Below are positions 1 through 10,105 of a DNA stretch of 41,747 bases, in pieces (within the stretch, counting starts at the first letter, position 1; every line of letters begins with the position of its first letter). Origin of the DNA: an uncultured bacterium (GTDB taxonomy: Bacteria > DYJV01); NCBI GenBank assembly GCA_964543655.1, contig CAZIZE010000067.1, positions 1-41,747 of the forward strand. Reading direction: 5' to 3'. The notes under the pieces are model-generated. The model saw only the letters and a list, made by a program, of their open reading frames with translations, was not told the origin of the DNA and did not search any database. The translations under genes were made by a program, and so were the position numbers.

Positions 1-10
1 TTTAAGAAAA

Positions 11-250
11 TCAAATCCCTGTCTTAAATTCAAGCTTCATAGTCAGGTAAATTTCACCTGCAACAAACACATATAAAGGGTCTTTTACTCCGTATTTAAA
101 TTGAAGGATTGGTTTTATAAACACAACCGCCATAGAATAAATTTGGTGACCTTTTGCTGCTCTATTCAAAAAATAATTGCTTTTTATTAAAAATCCAGCT
201 ATACAATTTTCAACTTGAAATGACATTTGTAATTTTCTTGACATTAGCAC
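11..250 (-). CDS. Small hypothetical protein, 79 aa. GTG start at 250; alternative ATG starts at 244 or 232. Hydrophobic, no recognisable family.
   Basis: Complete ORF with TGA stop at 11-13 and an in-frame upstream TAA/TAG. No convincing SD. Its 5' end overlaps the 28-nt repeat element. Could be spurious. Confidence 0.25.
   Translation of the reverse strand: MLMSRKLQMSFQVENCIAGFLIKSNYFLNRAAKGHQIYSMAVVFIKPILQFKYGVKDPLYVFVAGEIYLTMKLEFKTGI
215..244. repeat. Copy A of a 28-nt imperfect repeat, TTGAAATGACATTTGTAATTTTCTTGAC. Palindromic core AAATGNCATTT.
   Basis: Matches 26087-26114 at 25 of 28 positions in the same orientation. Confidence 0.3.
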
Positions 251-255
251 TATTA

Positions 256-289
256 CTAAATCCTAATCCCTAAATCCCAAATCCTAATT
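256..289. repeat. Short tandem heptamer repeat, about 4.5 copies of TAAATCC/CTAATCC (GGATTTA-like on the minus strand)
   Basis: Direct reading: taaatcc taatccc taaatccc aaatcc taattt, in the gap between queA's 3' end and the small ORF. Confidence 0.5.
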
Positions 290-365
290 TAACTTTGAAC
301 TAATAACTGATAACTATCATAGGGGCTCAATCCTGAAAAATACTTGATTATAGGTTGTTTTTATA

Positions 366-1379
366 TCAAATAATTAACATTGAATCACCATAACTGAAAA
401 ATTTATAATTCTTTTCCTTGGCAATTTCATAACATTTAAGAATATTCTCTCTTCCAGCAAAGGCACTTACCAACATTAGAAGAGTTGATTTAGGAAGATG
501 AAAATTGGTAATAAGCTTATCTATAACATTAAATTTAAATCCAGGATAAATGAATATATCTGTTTCAAATTTTCCTGATTTAATATAACCAAATCTTTTA
601 AAATTATCTTCAAGTGCACGCACTGTTGTTGTTCCCACACCAACAATTTTTTTCCCTTTTAACTTTGCATTATTAATGATTTTAGCAAGATTTTCAGAAA
701 TTTCATAAGTTTCTTTATGCATTTTATGCTCTTCTATTTTTTCTACTCTAACAGGAGCAAAAGTCCCAATCCCAACATATAATGTAATGTAATGAAAAGG
801 GATTCCTTTAATTTTAAGTTTATTTAAAAGTTCATCTGTAAAATGCAAACCAGCAGTAGGTGCTGCAATAGCCCCTTTTTTGTTAAGATTTGAATATACA
901 GTCTGATACATAGTATAATCAATTTCTCTATCTTCTCTTTTTAAATATGGAGGCAGCGGCATATGTGCATTTATTTTAAAAAGAGTATCATAGTCAAGAT
1001 TAATACTAAACTCAACTACTCTTTCATTTTTAATAGTTGCATAAAAATCTTCAAATTCTATTATTTCACCTTTTTTTAATTTTTTTGAAGATTTTATCAA
1101 CACTTCCCATGTAAAATTATCCAATTTTTTTACAAGTAAAAATTCAACCTTCCCACCTGTTTTTCTCTTTCCAAAAATTCGAGCAGGAATCACTGTAACA
1201 TCATTGCCTATTAAAATGTCATTACTATCTATAAATGATAGAATATTGTAAAATTTTGTATGAGTAATTATATTATTTGTTCTGTTAAATATCAATAAAT
1301 TAGAATTATCCCTTATCTGTTTTGGATACTTTGCAATAAAATAAGATGGTAATGAATAGTCAAATAAGGAAATGTTCAT
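366..1379 (-). CDS. queA: S-adenosylmethionine:tRNA ribosyltransferase-isomerase (queuosine biosynthesis)
   Basis: 337 aa. Conserved QueA blocks are present: VIPARIFG, HMPLPPY, AAPTAGLHF, TNFHLPKSTL, FFSYGD. Confidence 0.9.
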   Translation of the reverse strand: MNISLFDYSLPSYFIAKYPKQIRDNSNLLIFNRTNNIITHTKFYNILSFIDSNDILIGNDVTVIPARIFGKRKTGGKVEFLLVKKLDNFTWEVLIKSSKKLKKGEIIEFEDFYATIKNERVVEFSINLDYDTLFKINAHMPLPPYLKREDREIDYTMYQTVYSNLNKKGAIAAPTAGLHFTDELLNKLKIKGIPFHYITLYVGIGTFAPVRVEKIEEHKMHKETYEISENLAKIINNAKLKGKKIVGVGTTTVRALEDNFKRFGYIKSGKFETDIFIYPGFKFNVIDKLITNFHLPKSTLLMLVSAFAGRENILKCYEIAKEKNYKFFSYGDSMLII

Positions 1380-1561
1380 TACTTGATAAGATACAAAATA
1401 AGTAAACCTGCAATTATCATTGAAATTCCATATTTTCTCAATGTTCTTGGCTCTGTCTCTGATAAAATTTTCAAAAAATTCTGCATCTTATCTGGAAAGG
1501 CAAAATAGGGTAGTCCCTCTATTATTAAAACCATTGAAATAACCAGTAAAAAAAGCTTCAT
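1379..1561 (-). CDS. DUF2065 (YjeT-like) small membrane protein
   Basis: 60 aa with two TM segments. IEGLPYF...RKYG...AGLL matches E. coli YjeT (LEGLGPMLYP...RRFGG...AG). Its stop overlaps the queA start by 1 nt. Confidence 0.7.
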   Translation of the reverse strand: MKLFLLVISMVLIIEGLPYFAFPDKMQNFLKILSETEPRTLRKYGISMIIAGLLILYLIK

Positions 1562-1564
1562 TAA

Positions 1565-2479
1565 TTACTTGTTTTTAAAAACAGATTCTACCTTATTTAA
1601 AACTTTTTCAGGTTTTTTAAGTGATGCTGATAAAATTCTTATTGCTTCTAACTTGGCAGCTAAGGCTCCTCCTGGTTTACTAAATAATTCCACTTCTTCC
1701 TCTATTCTTTTTTTTGCTGCTTCTCTTAATATTGACATTCTTTCTACTTTTAATTTAGTAATCTTGGTCTCGATTTCAGCCTTCTTTAACATATATTGTA
1801 AATTTTCCTCTTTTATTTTATTGGCAAGCTTTACTTTTTTTAATTTTTTTGCTGTTTCCATTTCTAACTTAGCAAGCTCTTTCTGATTCTCTTCATACTT
1901 TTTATATAAATTTTGCAATGATTCAACAAAAATAATACCTTTAATATCAGCAAGATTTACTTTTATACCAAAAAAACCAAGCTCTCTATTTAATGCTTCT
2001 GTTAACTGATTTTGTAATTTAACACCAAAGTCATCAGCAAATATATCTTCAATTTTATATTTTATCAAAATCTGATTTATTTCTGAAATTGTGTAAAGTT
2101 TTACTATTTTATCTGATTCATTTTTACCCACTTTACTTAAAAAATCATTTAATTTACCTTTTTTCACACCATATACAACATTTAAATGAAGAATAATACC
2201 TGGATCAACTGTGCAGTCAACATCAACCACTTTTACAGGCAATTTTATTTTGTAAATTTTGTAAATAAATGGATTATATTCTGTAATAAAAGCATAATAT
2301 TTACCTGGTGTTAGAACTTTTCCTGTAAAACCTTTATCTTTCCCTACCACTTTGTAAAGCAGTGCCACTTCACCAGGTTTTACTTCTGGTGATAAAAAAT
2401 ATATTCCAGCACCTATTCCACCTAAAATAACAAGAATAAAAAGGATAATTATTAAATTTTTTATAAGCTTTTTAATCAT
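1565..2479 (-). CDS. SPFH/band-7 (HflK/C-like) membrane protein with a C-terminal coiled coil
   Basis: 304 aa. N-terminal TM helix, a prohibitin-like core, and a Lys/Glu-rich coiled-coil tail. It precedes DUF2065, as hflKC-yjeT does in E. coli. Confidence 0.7.
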   Translation of the reverse strand: MIKKLIKNLIIILFILVILGGIGAGIYFLSPEVKPGEVALLYKVVGKDKGFTGKVLTPGKYYAFITEYNPFIYKIYKIKLPVKVVDVDCTVDPGIILHLNVVYGVKKGKLNDFLSKVGKNESDKIVKLYTISEINQILIKYKIEDIFADDFGVKLQNQLTEALNRELGFFGIKVNLADIKGIIFVESLQNLYKKYEENQKELAKLEMETAKKLKKVKLANKIKEENLQYMLKKAEIETKITKLKVERMSILREAAKKRIEEEVELFSKPGGALAAKLEAIRILSASLKKPEKVLNKVESVFKNK

Positions 2480-2494
2480 TTTGTAACTCCAAAT

Positions 2495-4546
2495 TTATTC
2501 TGCTGACTTTTTGCTTACTTTTATTTTGCCATCTCTCTCTATTTTAATTATTTTAACTTTAATTTCATCACCAAGTTTTAATACATCTGTAACTTTGTTA
2601 ATTCTTCTATTTTCTATTTCTGAAATATGCAAGAGACCTGTAGAGCCGGGCTTTAATTCAACAATTGCTCCAAAATCAAGAATTTTAATAACTTTTGCAA
2701 TACAAACATCACCTTCTTTGAGCTCTTTAACTATATTTAAGATAATATCCTCTGTTTTCTTTAAAGATTCTTTAGAATCTGCAAAAATTTTAATATTCCC
2801 GGTTTGTTCTATATCAATTTTGGCACCTGTTTCATCAATAATATTTTTAATTGTCTTACCTGAAGGACCAATTATATCTCTTATTTTTTCAGGATCAATC
2901 TGCAAGGTCAACAACCTTGGAGCATATGGTGAAAGCTCTTCTCTTGGAGCATTAATTACTTCATTCATTTTGGTTAAAATATGAAGCCTCCCCTCTTTTG
3001 CCTGTAAAAGAGCTTTTTTCAAAATTTCAAAATCAAGCTCTGCTATCTTAATATCCATTTGAATAGCAGTTATTCCATTAGCGCTACCAGCAACTTTAAA
3101 ATCCATATCTCCCAAATGATCCTCATCTCCAAGTATATCAGAGAGCACTACATATTTATCACCTTCTTTTATCAATCCCATTGCAATGCCAGCTATTGCC
3201 TCTTTAATGGGGACTCCTGCATCCATAAGAGATAATGAACCACCACAAACTGTAGCCATTGATGAGGAACCATTTGACTCAAGTATATCTGAAACAACTC
3301 TTATAGTATATGGAAAATCCTCTTCTGATGGTATTACAGCACTTAAAGCTCTCTCAGCAAGGTAACCATGGCCTATTTCTCTCCTACCTGGTGCTCTGAG
3401 AAAACCAACTTCTCCAACTGAAAAAGGTGGAAAATTATAGTGGAGCATAAATCTCTTTGATTCTTCTCCTGTAAGTGAGTCAATAATCTGCTCATCTTCC
3501 CCTGTACCAAGTGTAGTTGAAACAAAAGCTTGAGTCTCACCTCTGGTAAAAACAGCTGACCCATGAACTCTTTTAAAAACACCTACCTGACAACTGATTG
3601 GTCTAATATCCTTTGGTCCTCTGCCATCGATTCTCTTGTTTTCTTCAACAATGAAGTATCTCACTCTTTCATCAACAATTTCTTTGAAAATATCTGAAAT
3701 ATCCTCTTCATACTTATCTTGAATTTCTTCTCTAAGCTTTTTTAATGCCCTTTTTCTATTTAACTTCTCAGGGATAAAAATTGCTTTTTCTATCTGTTCT
3801 ATATAATTTGCTTTAATCTCTTCTTTAATCTGTTGATTTAATTGCTTTGGTTCAAATTCTATTTTCTCTATATTAATCTGTTTTATCAATTCATTCTGCA
3901 AAAAAATAAATTCTCTAATATGCTTCAGTGCTATTTCCAGTGCTTCTACAACTTTTGATTCATCAGCTTCTTTAGCTTCACCTTCAACCATTATTAGAGC
4001 ATCTTCAGTACCTGCCACAAATAAGTTAATATCAGCTTCCTCTATATCTGAACTGGGATTAACTATGAATTTGTTATCTTTTAAAATAATTCTAACAGCA
4101 CCAATTGGGCCATTAAAAGGTATATTTGAAATGGATAATGCTAATGACGCTCCATTTAATGCAAGAACTTCTGTTCTATTTTCATTTTCAAGAGATAAAA
4201 CAGTTGCTATTATTTGGGTCTCATTTGTAAATCCTTCTGGAAACCTTGGACGCAAGGCTCTATCAATTAATCTTGATATAAGAGTTTCAAAATCTGTTGC
4301 TTTTCCTTCTCTCTTAATAAAACCACCAGGAATTTTCCCTGCTGCAAAAGCTTTTTCAACATAATTTACTGTTAAAGGGAAAAAATCTAAGTCCTCTTTT
4401 GCACTCTCTTCTGCTACAGCAGTAATTAAAACAGCACTATCACCACATTTGGCAACAACTGCACCATTTGCCTGCCTTGCTAATTCTCCTGTTTCAAAAA
4501 TATATTTCTTCCCTGCAATTTCACCACTAACAACAAGTTTTTCCAT
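2495..4546 (-). CDS. pnp: Polyribonucleotide nucleotidyltransferase (PNPase)
   Basis: 683 aa. Two RNase PH domains plus C-terminal KH and S1 domains (GDVCIAKV...GLLHISEI). Confidence 0.95.
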   Translation of the reverse strand: MEKLVVSGEIAGKKYIFETGELARQANGAVVAKCGDSAVLITAVAEESAKEDLDFFPLTVNYVEKAFAAGKIPGGFIKREGKATDFETLISRLIDRALRPRFPEGFTNETQIIATVLSLENENRTEVLALNGASLALSISNIPFNGPIGAVRIILKDNKFIVNPSSDIEEADINLFVAGTEDALIMVEGEAKEADESKVVEALEIALKHIREFIFLQNELIKQINIEKIEFEPKQLNQQIKEEIKANYIEQIEKAIFIPEKLNRKRALKKLREEIQDKYEEDISDIFKEIVDERVRYFIVEENKRIDGRGPKDIRPISCQVGVFKRVHGSAVFTRGETQAFVSTTLGTGEDEQIIDSLTGEESKRFMLHYNFPPFSVGEVGFLRAPGRREIGHGYLAERALSAVIPSEEDFPYTIRVVSDILESNGSSSMATVCGGSLSLMDAGVPIKEAIAGIAMGLIKEGDKYVVLSDILGDEDHLGDMDFKVAGSANGITAIQMDIKIAELDFEILKKALLQAKEGRLHILTKMNEVINAPREELSPYAPRLLTLQIDPEKIRDIIGPSGKTIKNIIDETGAKIDIEQTGNIKIFADSKESLKKTEDIILNIVKELKEGDVCIAKVIKILDFGAIVELKPGSTGLLHISEIENRRINKVTDVLKLGDEIKVKIIKIERDGKIKVSKKSAE

Positions 4547-4556
4547 TATAAAAACC

Positions 4557-4826
4557 TTACTTTCTTAAATTTAGTGCATTTAATATTTTTTTATACCTTT
4601 CAACATCTTTCTTTTTAAGGTAATCAAGCAGTCTTCTCCTTTTACCAACAAGAATTAGCAGACCTCTCCTTGAATGATGATCTTTTTTGTGAACTTTAAA
4701 ATGCTCTGTAAGGTTCTTAATTCTTTCTGTTAAAATTGCAATCTGAACTTCAGGTGATCCCGTATCACTGTCGTGTAATTTGAATTTTTCAATAATACTT
4801 TTTTTAGTAGATGGTTCTATTGACAC
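4557..4826 (-). CDS. rpsO: 30S ribosomal protein S15
   Basis: Has the S15 motif [12 protein letters not shown]...LLDYLKKKD. The true start is probably GTG at 4826, which is preceded by AGGAGGG; that gives 89 aa. The track ORF extends to 4841. Confidence 0.9.
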   Translation of the reverse strand: MSIEPSTKKSIIEKFKLHDSDTGSPEVQIAILTERIKNLTEHFKVHKKDHHSRRGLLILVGKRRRLLDYLKKKDVERYKKILNALNLRK

Positions 4827-4872
4827 TTTTACCCTCCTCATTTTTGTTGTAATTTTTTATCATCAAAATAAT

Positions 4873-5748
4873 TTAATGTAAAGTTTTTTTATGTAATACT
4901 TTTATTTTAATAATACCTTCCTCTTTGATAAACTCTGAAATAGCAACACAATTTTTGCTAATAACATAAAAATATTTATCATTATATGTAAAATTTTCTA
5001 AATATTCAGGCAATAGAGGATTCCCATTTTCAAAAATATTTAGGAATTCTTCTTTTACATGGAATTTTTTAAAATTAAATACGTTCTCAAAATCTATAAT
5101 ATCACTGTATTCAACAGAGTCAAGCTCAGCAGCATCTTTCAATTTAAATTCTCCAATGCCGATTCTTTCAAGCTCTGATAAATATGCAAAAGTTTTCAAA
5201 CTAATACCAAAATCATTAGCTATGCTTCTAATATATGTGCCTTTTGAACATTTTATATAAAACTCAATCTCTGGAAGTTCTATATTTAAAATATCGAACT
5301 TTTCTATAAAAACAAATCTCTCTTCTTTTTCTATTGCAATCCCTTTTCTTGCATATTTATAAAGAGGTTTACCTTTATGTTTTATAGCTGAAAAAATAGG
5401 TGGTTTCTGCTTAATTGCTCCTATAAACCTGTTTGCAGCTTCATATATCATACTACTTTCAACATGAGAAAAATCTTTGGTGCCCACAATCTCTCCTGTA
5501 ATATCAAAACTATCTCTCATTTCACCTAAAATAATCTTACCTTTGTACTCCTTATTGGCATCAATAAAAAATGGCAATAACCTTGTACCTTTATTAATTC
5601 CTACAATCATAAGCCCTTTTGCAAAGGGATCAAGTGTACCGCCATGTCCCACTTTCTTAGCTTTAAGCCTTTTTTTTACTGTTTCACAAACTTTAAAAGA
5701 GCTAATCCCTGCAGGTTTGTTAACTATTATAATACCATCTTTTATCAT
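4873..5748 (-). CDS. truB: tRNA pseudouridine(55) synthase
   Basis: Has GIIIVNKPAGISS and HGGTLDPFAKGLMIVGI motifs. 291 aa with a C-terminal extension. Confidence 0.9.
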   Translation of the reverse strand: MIKDGIIIVNKPAGISSFKVCETVKKRLKAKKVGHGGTLDPFAKGLMIVGINKGTRLLPFFIDANKEYKGKIILGEMRDSFDITGEIVGTKDFSHVESSMIYEAANRFIGAIKQKPPIFSAIKHKGKPLYKYARKGIAIEKEERFVFIEKFDILNIELPEIEFYIKCSKGTYIRSIANDFGISLKTFAYLSELERIGIGEFKLKDAAELDSVEYSDIIDFENVFNFKKFHVKEEFLNIFENGNPLLPEYLENFTYNDKYFYVISKNCVAISEFIKEEGIIKIKVLHKKTLH

Positions 5749-5759
5749 AATAAATTGTT

Positions 5760-6719
5760 TTAATATCCTAATTCTTTCAATACACTGTTTATCTTCTTAA
5801 CAGTATTCTTAAGATCTGTTGCCACAAACGCACCTGCTGCATTTCTGTGACCACCACCATCAAATTTTAATGCAATTTCAGTTACATCAATATTTCCTTT
5901 GCTTCTGAAGCTGAGCTTACAGCCATCATCCTGCTCTTTTATAAATATTGATATTTCAACACCATCTATACTTCTACCATAGTTTACAAATCCATCAGTA
6001 TCATCATAAGATGCATTATATTTTTTAAGTATATCCTTTGAAAGGGTCATTACAGCAACTTTTTTATTGTCACTTAGATATAAGTTGTTTAATGCTTCAC
6101 GTAAAAGTAAAATTCTTTTATAAGGCTTACTTTCATAAATCTTTTCTGTAATTTCATAAGCATTGAAACCATAAGAAATTAATTCACTTGCCACAATAAA
6201 AGTTTCAGGAGTTGTATTAGAATATCTAAAAGAGCCTGTATCTGTTACAACAGCAACATAAAGGGGAATTGCAATATTCCTATTAATCGGGAAATCTCCT
6301 TTTTTTAACACATTGAAGATAATCTCACCTGTTGAACTCTTTTCTGGTTGAACAAGGTTCAAATCACCAAAATTATTATTTGTAATATGATGATCAATAT
6401 TTATAAGTGTTTTGCAGTTACTTTTTATTTTTGAAAATTCCTTTACCCTGCCACTATCTGCACAATCAACCATTACAACAACATCAACGTTGTTATCCAA
6501 AATATCCTCAAAACTGCTGGTAAAATTTATTCCATAATTAAGGAGAAATTTAAACTCATAAGGTAATTCGCTATCACAGTAAGAAACCACTTCTTTTCCT
6601 GCTTTAGTCAGTGACAGATAAAGTCCAAAATTTGCACCAATTGTATCTCCATCTGGATTTTTATGGGATATTATTAAAAATTTATTATTATTCTTCAACG
6701 TTTGAATAATTTTATTCAT
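5760..6719 (-). CDS. nrnA: DHH/DHHA1 phosphoesterase, NrnA-like oligoribonuclease/pAp phosphatase
   Basis: 319 aa. Has the ISHKNPDGDTIGA DHH motif, and a GGGH motif in the C-terminal DHHA1 domain. Confidence 0.6.
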   Translation of the reverse strand: MNKIIQTLKNNNKFLIISHKNPDGDTIGANFGLYLSLTKAGKEVVSYCDSELPYEFKFLLNYGINFTSSFEDILDNNVDVVVMVDCADSGRVKEFSKIKSNCKTLINIDHHITNNNFGDLNLVQPEKSSTGEIIFNVLKKGDFPINRNIAIPLYVAVVTDTGSFRYSNTTPETFIVASELISYGFNAYEITEKIYESKPYKRILLLREALNNLYLSDNKKVAVMTLSKDILKKYNASYDDTDGFVNYGRSIDGVEISIFIKEQDDGCKLSFRSKGNIDVTEIALKFDGGGHRNAAGAFVATDLKNTVKKINSVLKELGY

Positions 6720-7053
6720 GGTGAATCTTTCTAATAATCTCCTCTATTCTGCTTATTTTATCATCTGAAGTATCATATATAAAAAATAGATTAGGAATTT
6801 TTTTCATATACAATATTTCAGCTAACCTTTTTCTAATAAATCCCTTGGCATTTCTAAACCCTGTTAATGTATCCTCACTGTTAATCCCCTTTTCAACTGA
6901 GAAAAATATTTTTGCTTTACTTAAATCATCTGACACATTTACATTAACAATTTTTGCACCCTGAATTCTGGGATCTTTAAGCTCTCCAAAAAGGAGCATA
7001 TTGGAAACTTCAACCTGTATTAATTTAGCAACTCTATCACTTCTTTTAAACAT
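6712..7053 (-). CDS. rbfA: Ribosome-binding factor A
   Basis: RbfA-like (RVAKLIQVEVSNML...DPR). Likely ATG start at 7053, with an AAAGG SD upstream; the track ORF begins at GTG 7071. Overlaps nrnA by 8 nt. Confidence 0.85.
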   Translation of the reverse strand: MFKRSDRVAKLIQVEVSNMLLFGELKDPRIQGAKIVNVNVSDDLSKAKIFFSVEKGINSEDTLTGFRNAKGFIRKRLAEILYMKKIPNLFFIYDTSDDKISRIEEIIRKIHHE

Positions 7054-7230
7054 AATAAAACCTTTATACACTTCTTTTAGCTAAATGCTAAAATTTTTCA
7101 TATTAACAACTTATAAAATTTTTAATTTCTATGCTCTCTCAGGATACCCCAGAGCATTCTAAGCAGAGCAAATGGAATCAACTCATTATAACTATTAAAT
7201 TACTTAATCCATTGTACAAAGCTCTTATAA

Positions 7231-7518
7231 TCAATACTTCATTATTTCAAACTCTTCATTTAAAACCACAATATCAAATGAATCATTTATAAATTTTAAA
7301 AATTTTTCAAAAGCAGTATGAATATATTCCTTTTCAATTGAAACCATGCTAAAACCAATTACACCAATATTTCTGCTATCAACCATATCAACTTCTGCAA
7401 CTGAAATATTAAACTTATTAGCTAATCTACTCTTCATACTGTTTATAACTGCCCTTTTCTCCTTTAAAGAATTTGAATAAGGTATATCTATTTTAACTGT
7501 TCCTGCGCCAACAAACAT
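7231..7518 (-). CDS. DUF503 (YlxP-like) protein
   Basis: 95 aa. The SLKEKRAVI...SVAEVD pattern matches B. subtilis YlxP, which sits between infB and rbfA. Confidence 0.7.
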   Translation of the reverse strand: MFVGAGTVKIDIPYSNSLKEKRAVINSMKSRLANKFNISVAEVDMVDSRNIGVIGFSMVSIEKEYIHTAFEKFLKFINDSFDIVVLNEEFEIMKY

Positions 7519-7538
7519 TGAATCTAACCTGAGTAATT

Positions 7539-10100
7539 TTAAAGTGTTCTTGCTTTTTCAACTATGTTGTACGCTTCTATAATATCTCCAACTTTTAGGT
7601 CATTAAAATTGGCTATTCCCATTCCACACTCGTAACCTGCCTGAACTTCTCTAACATCATCTTTAAATCTTTTCAGTGATGCAAGCTCTCCCTCAAAAAC
7701 TATAACATTATCCCTTAATAATCTTATTTTGGAATTTCTCGTAATTTTACCATCAACAACATAACAACCTGCAACAACACCAACCTTAGGAACATTAAAA
7801 AGCTGTCTGACCTCTGCTCTACCATGATACTCTTCTTCAAATTCTGGCTCAAGCAGACCTTCAAGAACCTTTTTAATATCATCAATTAAATCATAAATTA
7901 TTGAATATGTTTTTATTTCTATATGTTCACGTTCTGCTAATTTCCTTGCTTTTGAATCAGGCCTTACATTAAAGCCTATTATAATTGCATGTGAAGCCTG
8001 CGCTAACAGCACATCACCTTCTGTAATACCACCAACACCTGTTGCAATTATTTTTACAGCAACCTCATCTGTTTTAAGTTTCTCAAGTGAAACTTTAATT
8101 GCATCAGCAGTACCCTGAACATCTGTTTTTATAATAACATTCAGCTCTTTTAACTCACCTTCAAGAATCTGCTTCTGCAAATCTTCAAGGGATAATTTCT
8201 GCTTTGATGCCATCTCTTTTTCTTTAGATTTTTTAATCCTATGCTCAATTAACTCTTTTGCCTCTTTCTCAGATTTTAATGCATAAACAACTTCTCCTGC
8301 TTCTGGCACACCACTGAATCCAAGAATTTCCACAGGAGTCGATGGAGTTGCCTCTTTTATTCTTTTTCCTGTGTAATCAATCATAGCTCTAACTTTACAG
8401 TAATGAGTTCCTGCTACAAGCGAATCCCCTACTTTTAAAGTCCCCTCAGAAACAAGAATAGTGGCAACACTACCTCTGCCCTTTTCAAGCTTTGATTCTA
8501 TAACGTATCCTTTTGCATTTTTATTTGGATTAGCTTTTAGCTCTAACATTTCTGCCTGAATCAAAATTGCTTCAAGAAGGTCATTTATCCCTTCTCCTGT
8601 TTTAGCAGAAACCTTAACAAATAAAGTATCCCCTCCAAGCTCTTCAGGAACAAGATTGTGCTCCAATAACTGATTTATAACTTTTTCTGGATTTGCATTA
8701 GGCTTGTCAATTTTGTTAATTGCAACAATAATAGGAACATCAGCAGCCTGTGCATGCTGAATTGCTTCAATAGTCTGAGGCATTACACCATCATCTGCTG
8801 CAACTATTAATACAACAATATCTGTAACTTTAGCACCTCTTGCTCTCATAGCAGTAAAAGCTTCATGACCTGGTGTATCAATAAATGTAATGAGATTACC
8901 ATCTATCTCTACTCTGTAAGCACCTATATGTTGTGTAATTCCACCTGCTTCTGTTGCAGTAACATTGGTCTGTCTAATTTTATCAAGCAAAGATGTTTTT
9001 CCATGGTCAACATGTCCCATAATTGTAACAATTGGTGGCCTTGGAACGAGATCTTCCTCTCTGTCACTTTTTTCAAATTCTGAAATAACCTTTTCTTCAA
9101 CATTGGTAACTTTTTCAACTTCATAACCAAATTCAGAGGCAATTAAAGCTGCTGTTTCAATATCTATGCTGTTGTTAATAGTGGCCATTATACCATTTTC
9201 CATTAATTTTTTAATTAATTCACCAGATTTAACATTTATAATTCTTGCAAATTCACCAACTGTAATTTCCTCTGATTCAAGTTTTATCTTTTTCTTGGAT
9301 TCCTTTACAATAGGCATTGTTGATACTTTTTTCTTTTTAGCTTTCTCTTTTTTAGTATCAGCCACACTCTCTTTTTCTATGCCACTTTCTTTGGTAAGCT
9401 CAAGCTCATCTGAGATTTCAATATCTTTAAGCTTTTTCTTTTTATCAAAAATAGTTTTAAATCTTTTAACTTTTTTCCTTTTTTTCTTCTCTTCTTCACC
9501 TTTATGTTTATATTCCTTATCTTTAACTTTTTTATCTTTAATCTCTTTTGGCTCTTTATCAACAGGTTGTTCCTCAACCTTTGGCTCTAATTCTGTTTTC
9601 GATTTTTTCGATAGTTTTTGAATTTTCTGCTCTTTAGATGGCTTTTCATCTTTTACAACAACTGCTTTTTTAGGTTTTTCTCTTTTCTGTGTCAGTTGCT
9701 CTTTTAATTTTTTTTCTAATTTTTCTTTAGCTTTCTTTATCTCTTCTAATTTCTTTTTTTCCTCTTCCTTACTCTTTTCTTTGGATATTTTTTCAGGCAG
9801 GGGCTTCTCTACTTTTGCTTTTGGCTCTTCTTTTAGCTCCTCTTTTGACTCTTCAATTTTAACTTTTTCTTCTTTTGCTTCAACTTTTTCAGCCTTTTTC
9901 CTACGTCTAATAACTCTACTTCCCACCCTTTTTTCAACAAATTTAGTACCATCAGGGTTAACATGCTCCTCTTTAACTTTCTCAGTAGCTTCTTCGTGGG
10001 AAATTCCAGTCTCTTTTCTCTTCTTTTCAATCTTCTTCAGCATATCTTCCGGGCTTATTCCCAATTCCTTAGCCAAACTAAGAATTTTTTCCATATCCAT
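7539..10100 (-). CDS. infB: Translation initiation factor IF-2
   Basis: 853 aa. GTPase G-domain ([21 protein letters not shown]), a low-complexity K/E-rich N-terminal region, and a C-terminal beta-barrel. Confidence 0.95.
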   Translation of the reverse strand: MDMEKILSLAKELGISPEDMLKKIEKKRKETGISHEEATEKVKEEHVNPDGTKFVEKRVGSRVIRRRKKAEKVEAKEEKVKIEESKEELKEEPKAKVEKPLPEKISKEKSKEEEKKKLEEIKKAKEKLEKKLKEQLTQKREKPKKAVVVKDEKPSKEQKIQKLSKKSKTELEPKVEEQPVDKEPKEIKDKKVKDKEYKHKGEEEKKKRKKVKRFKTIFDKKKKLKDIEISDELELTKESGIEKESVADTKKEKAKKKKVSTMPIVKESKKKIKLESEEITVGEFARIINVKSGELIKKLMENGIMATINNSIDIETAALIASEFGYEVEKVTNVEEKVISEFEKSDREEDLVPRPPIVTIMGHVDHGKTSLLDKIRQTNVTATEAGGITQHIGAYRVEIDGNLITFIDTPGHEAFTAMRARGAKVTDIVVLIVAADDGVMPQTIEAIQHAQAADVPIIVAINKIDKPNANPEKVINQLLEHNLVPEELGGDTLFVKVSAKTGEGINDLLEAILIQAEMLELKANPNKNAKGYVIESKLEKGRGSVATILVSEGTLKVGDSLVAGTHYCKVRAMIDYTGKRIKEATPSTPVEILGFSGVPEAGEVVYALKSEKEAKELIEHRIKKSKEKEMASKQKLSLEDLQKQILEGELKELNVIIKTDVQGTADAIKVSLEKLKTDEVAVKIIATGVGGITEGDVLLAQASHAIIIGFNVRPDSKARKLAEREHIEIKTYSIIYDLIDDIKKVLEGLLEPEFEEEYHGRAEVRQLFNVPKVGVVAGCYVVDGKITRNSKIRLLRDNVIVFEGELASLKRFKDDVREVQAGYECGMGIANFNDLKVGDIIEAYNIVEKARTL
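9320..9983 (-). repeat. Low-complexity Lys/Glu-rich coding repeat region within the infB N-terminus
   Basis: Runs of AAG/AAA/GAA codons encoding KEEKxK tracts. This is also the source of several spurious antisense ORFs in the track. Confidence 0.5.
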
Positions 10101-10105
10101 ATGTT

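Noticed and set aside
1569-1886. Plus-strand 105-aa ORF antisense to the SPFH gene. The other antisense track ORFs (2511-2984, 4065-4364, 5477-5800, 9166-9621, 9781-10149, 11017-11370, 13050-13274, 19186-19512, 20062-20391, 21383-21700, 28571-28870, 32830-33120 and others) belong to the same class.
   Set aside because: Each lies wholly inside a strongly supported, family-assignable gene on the opposite strand. They have low-complexity Ser/Phe/Leu-rich translations typical of antisense reading of AT-rich, K/E-rich genes. None has an SD.
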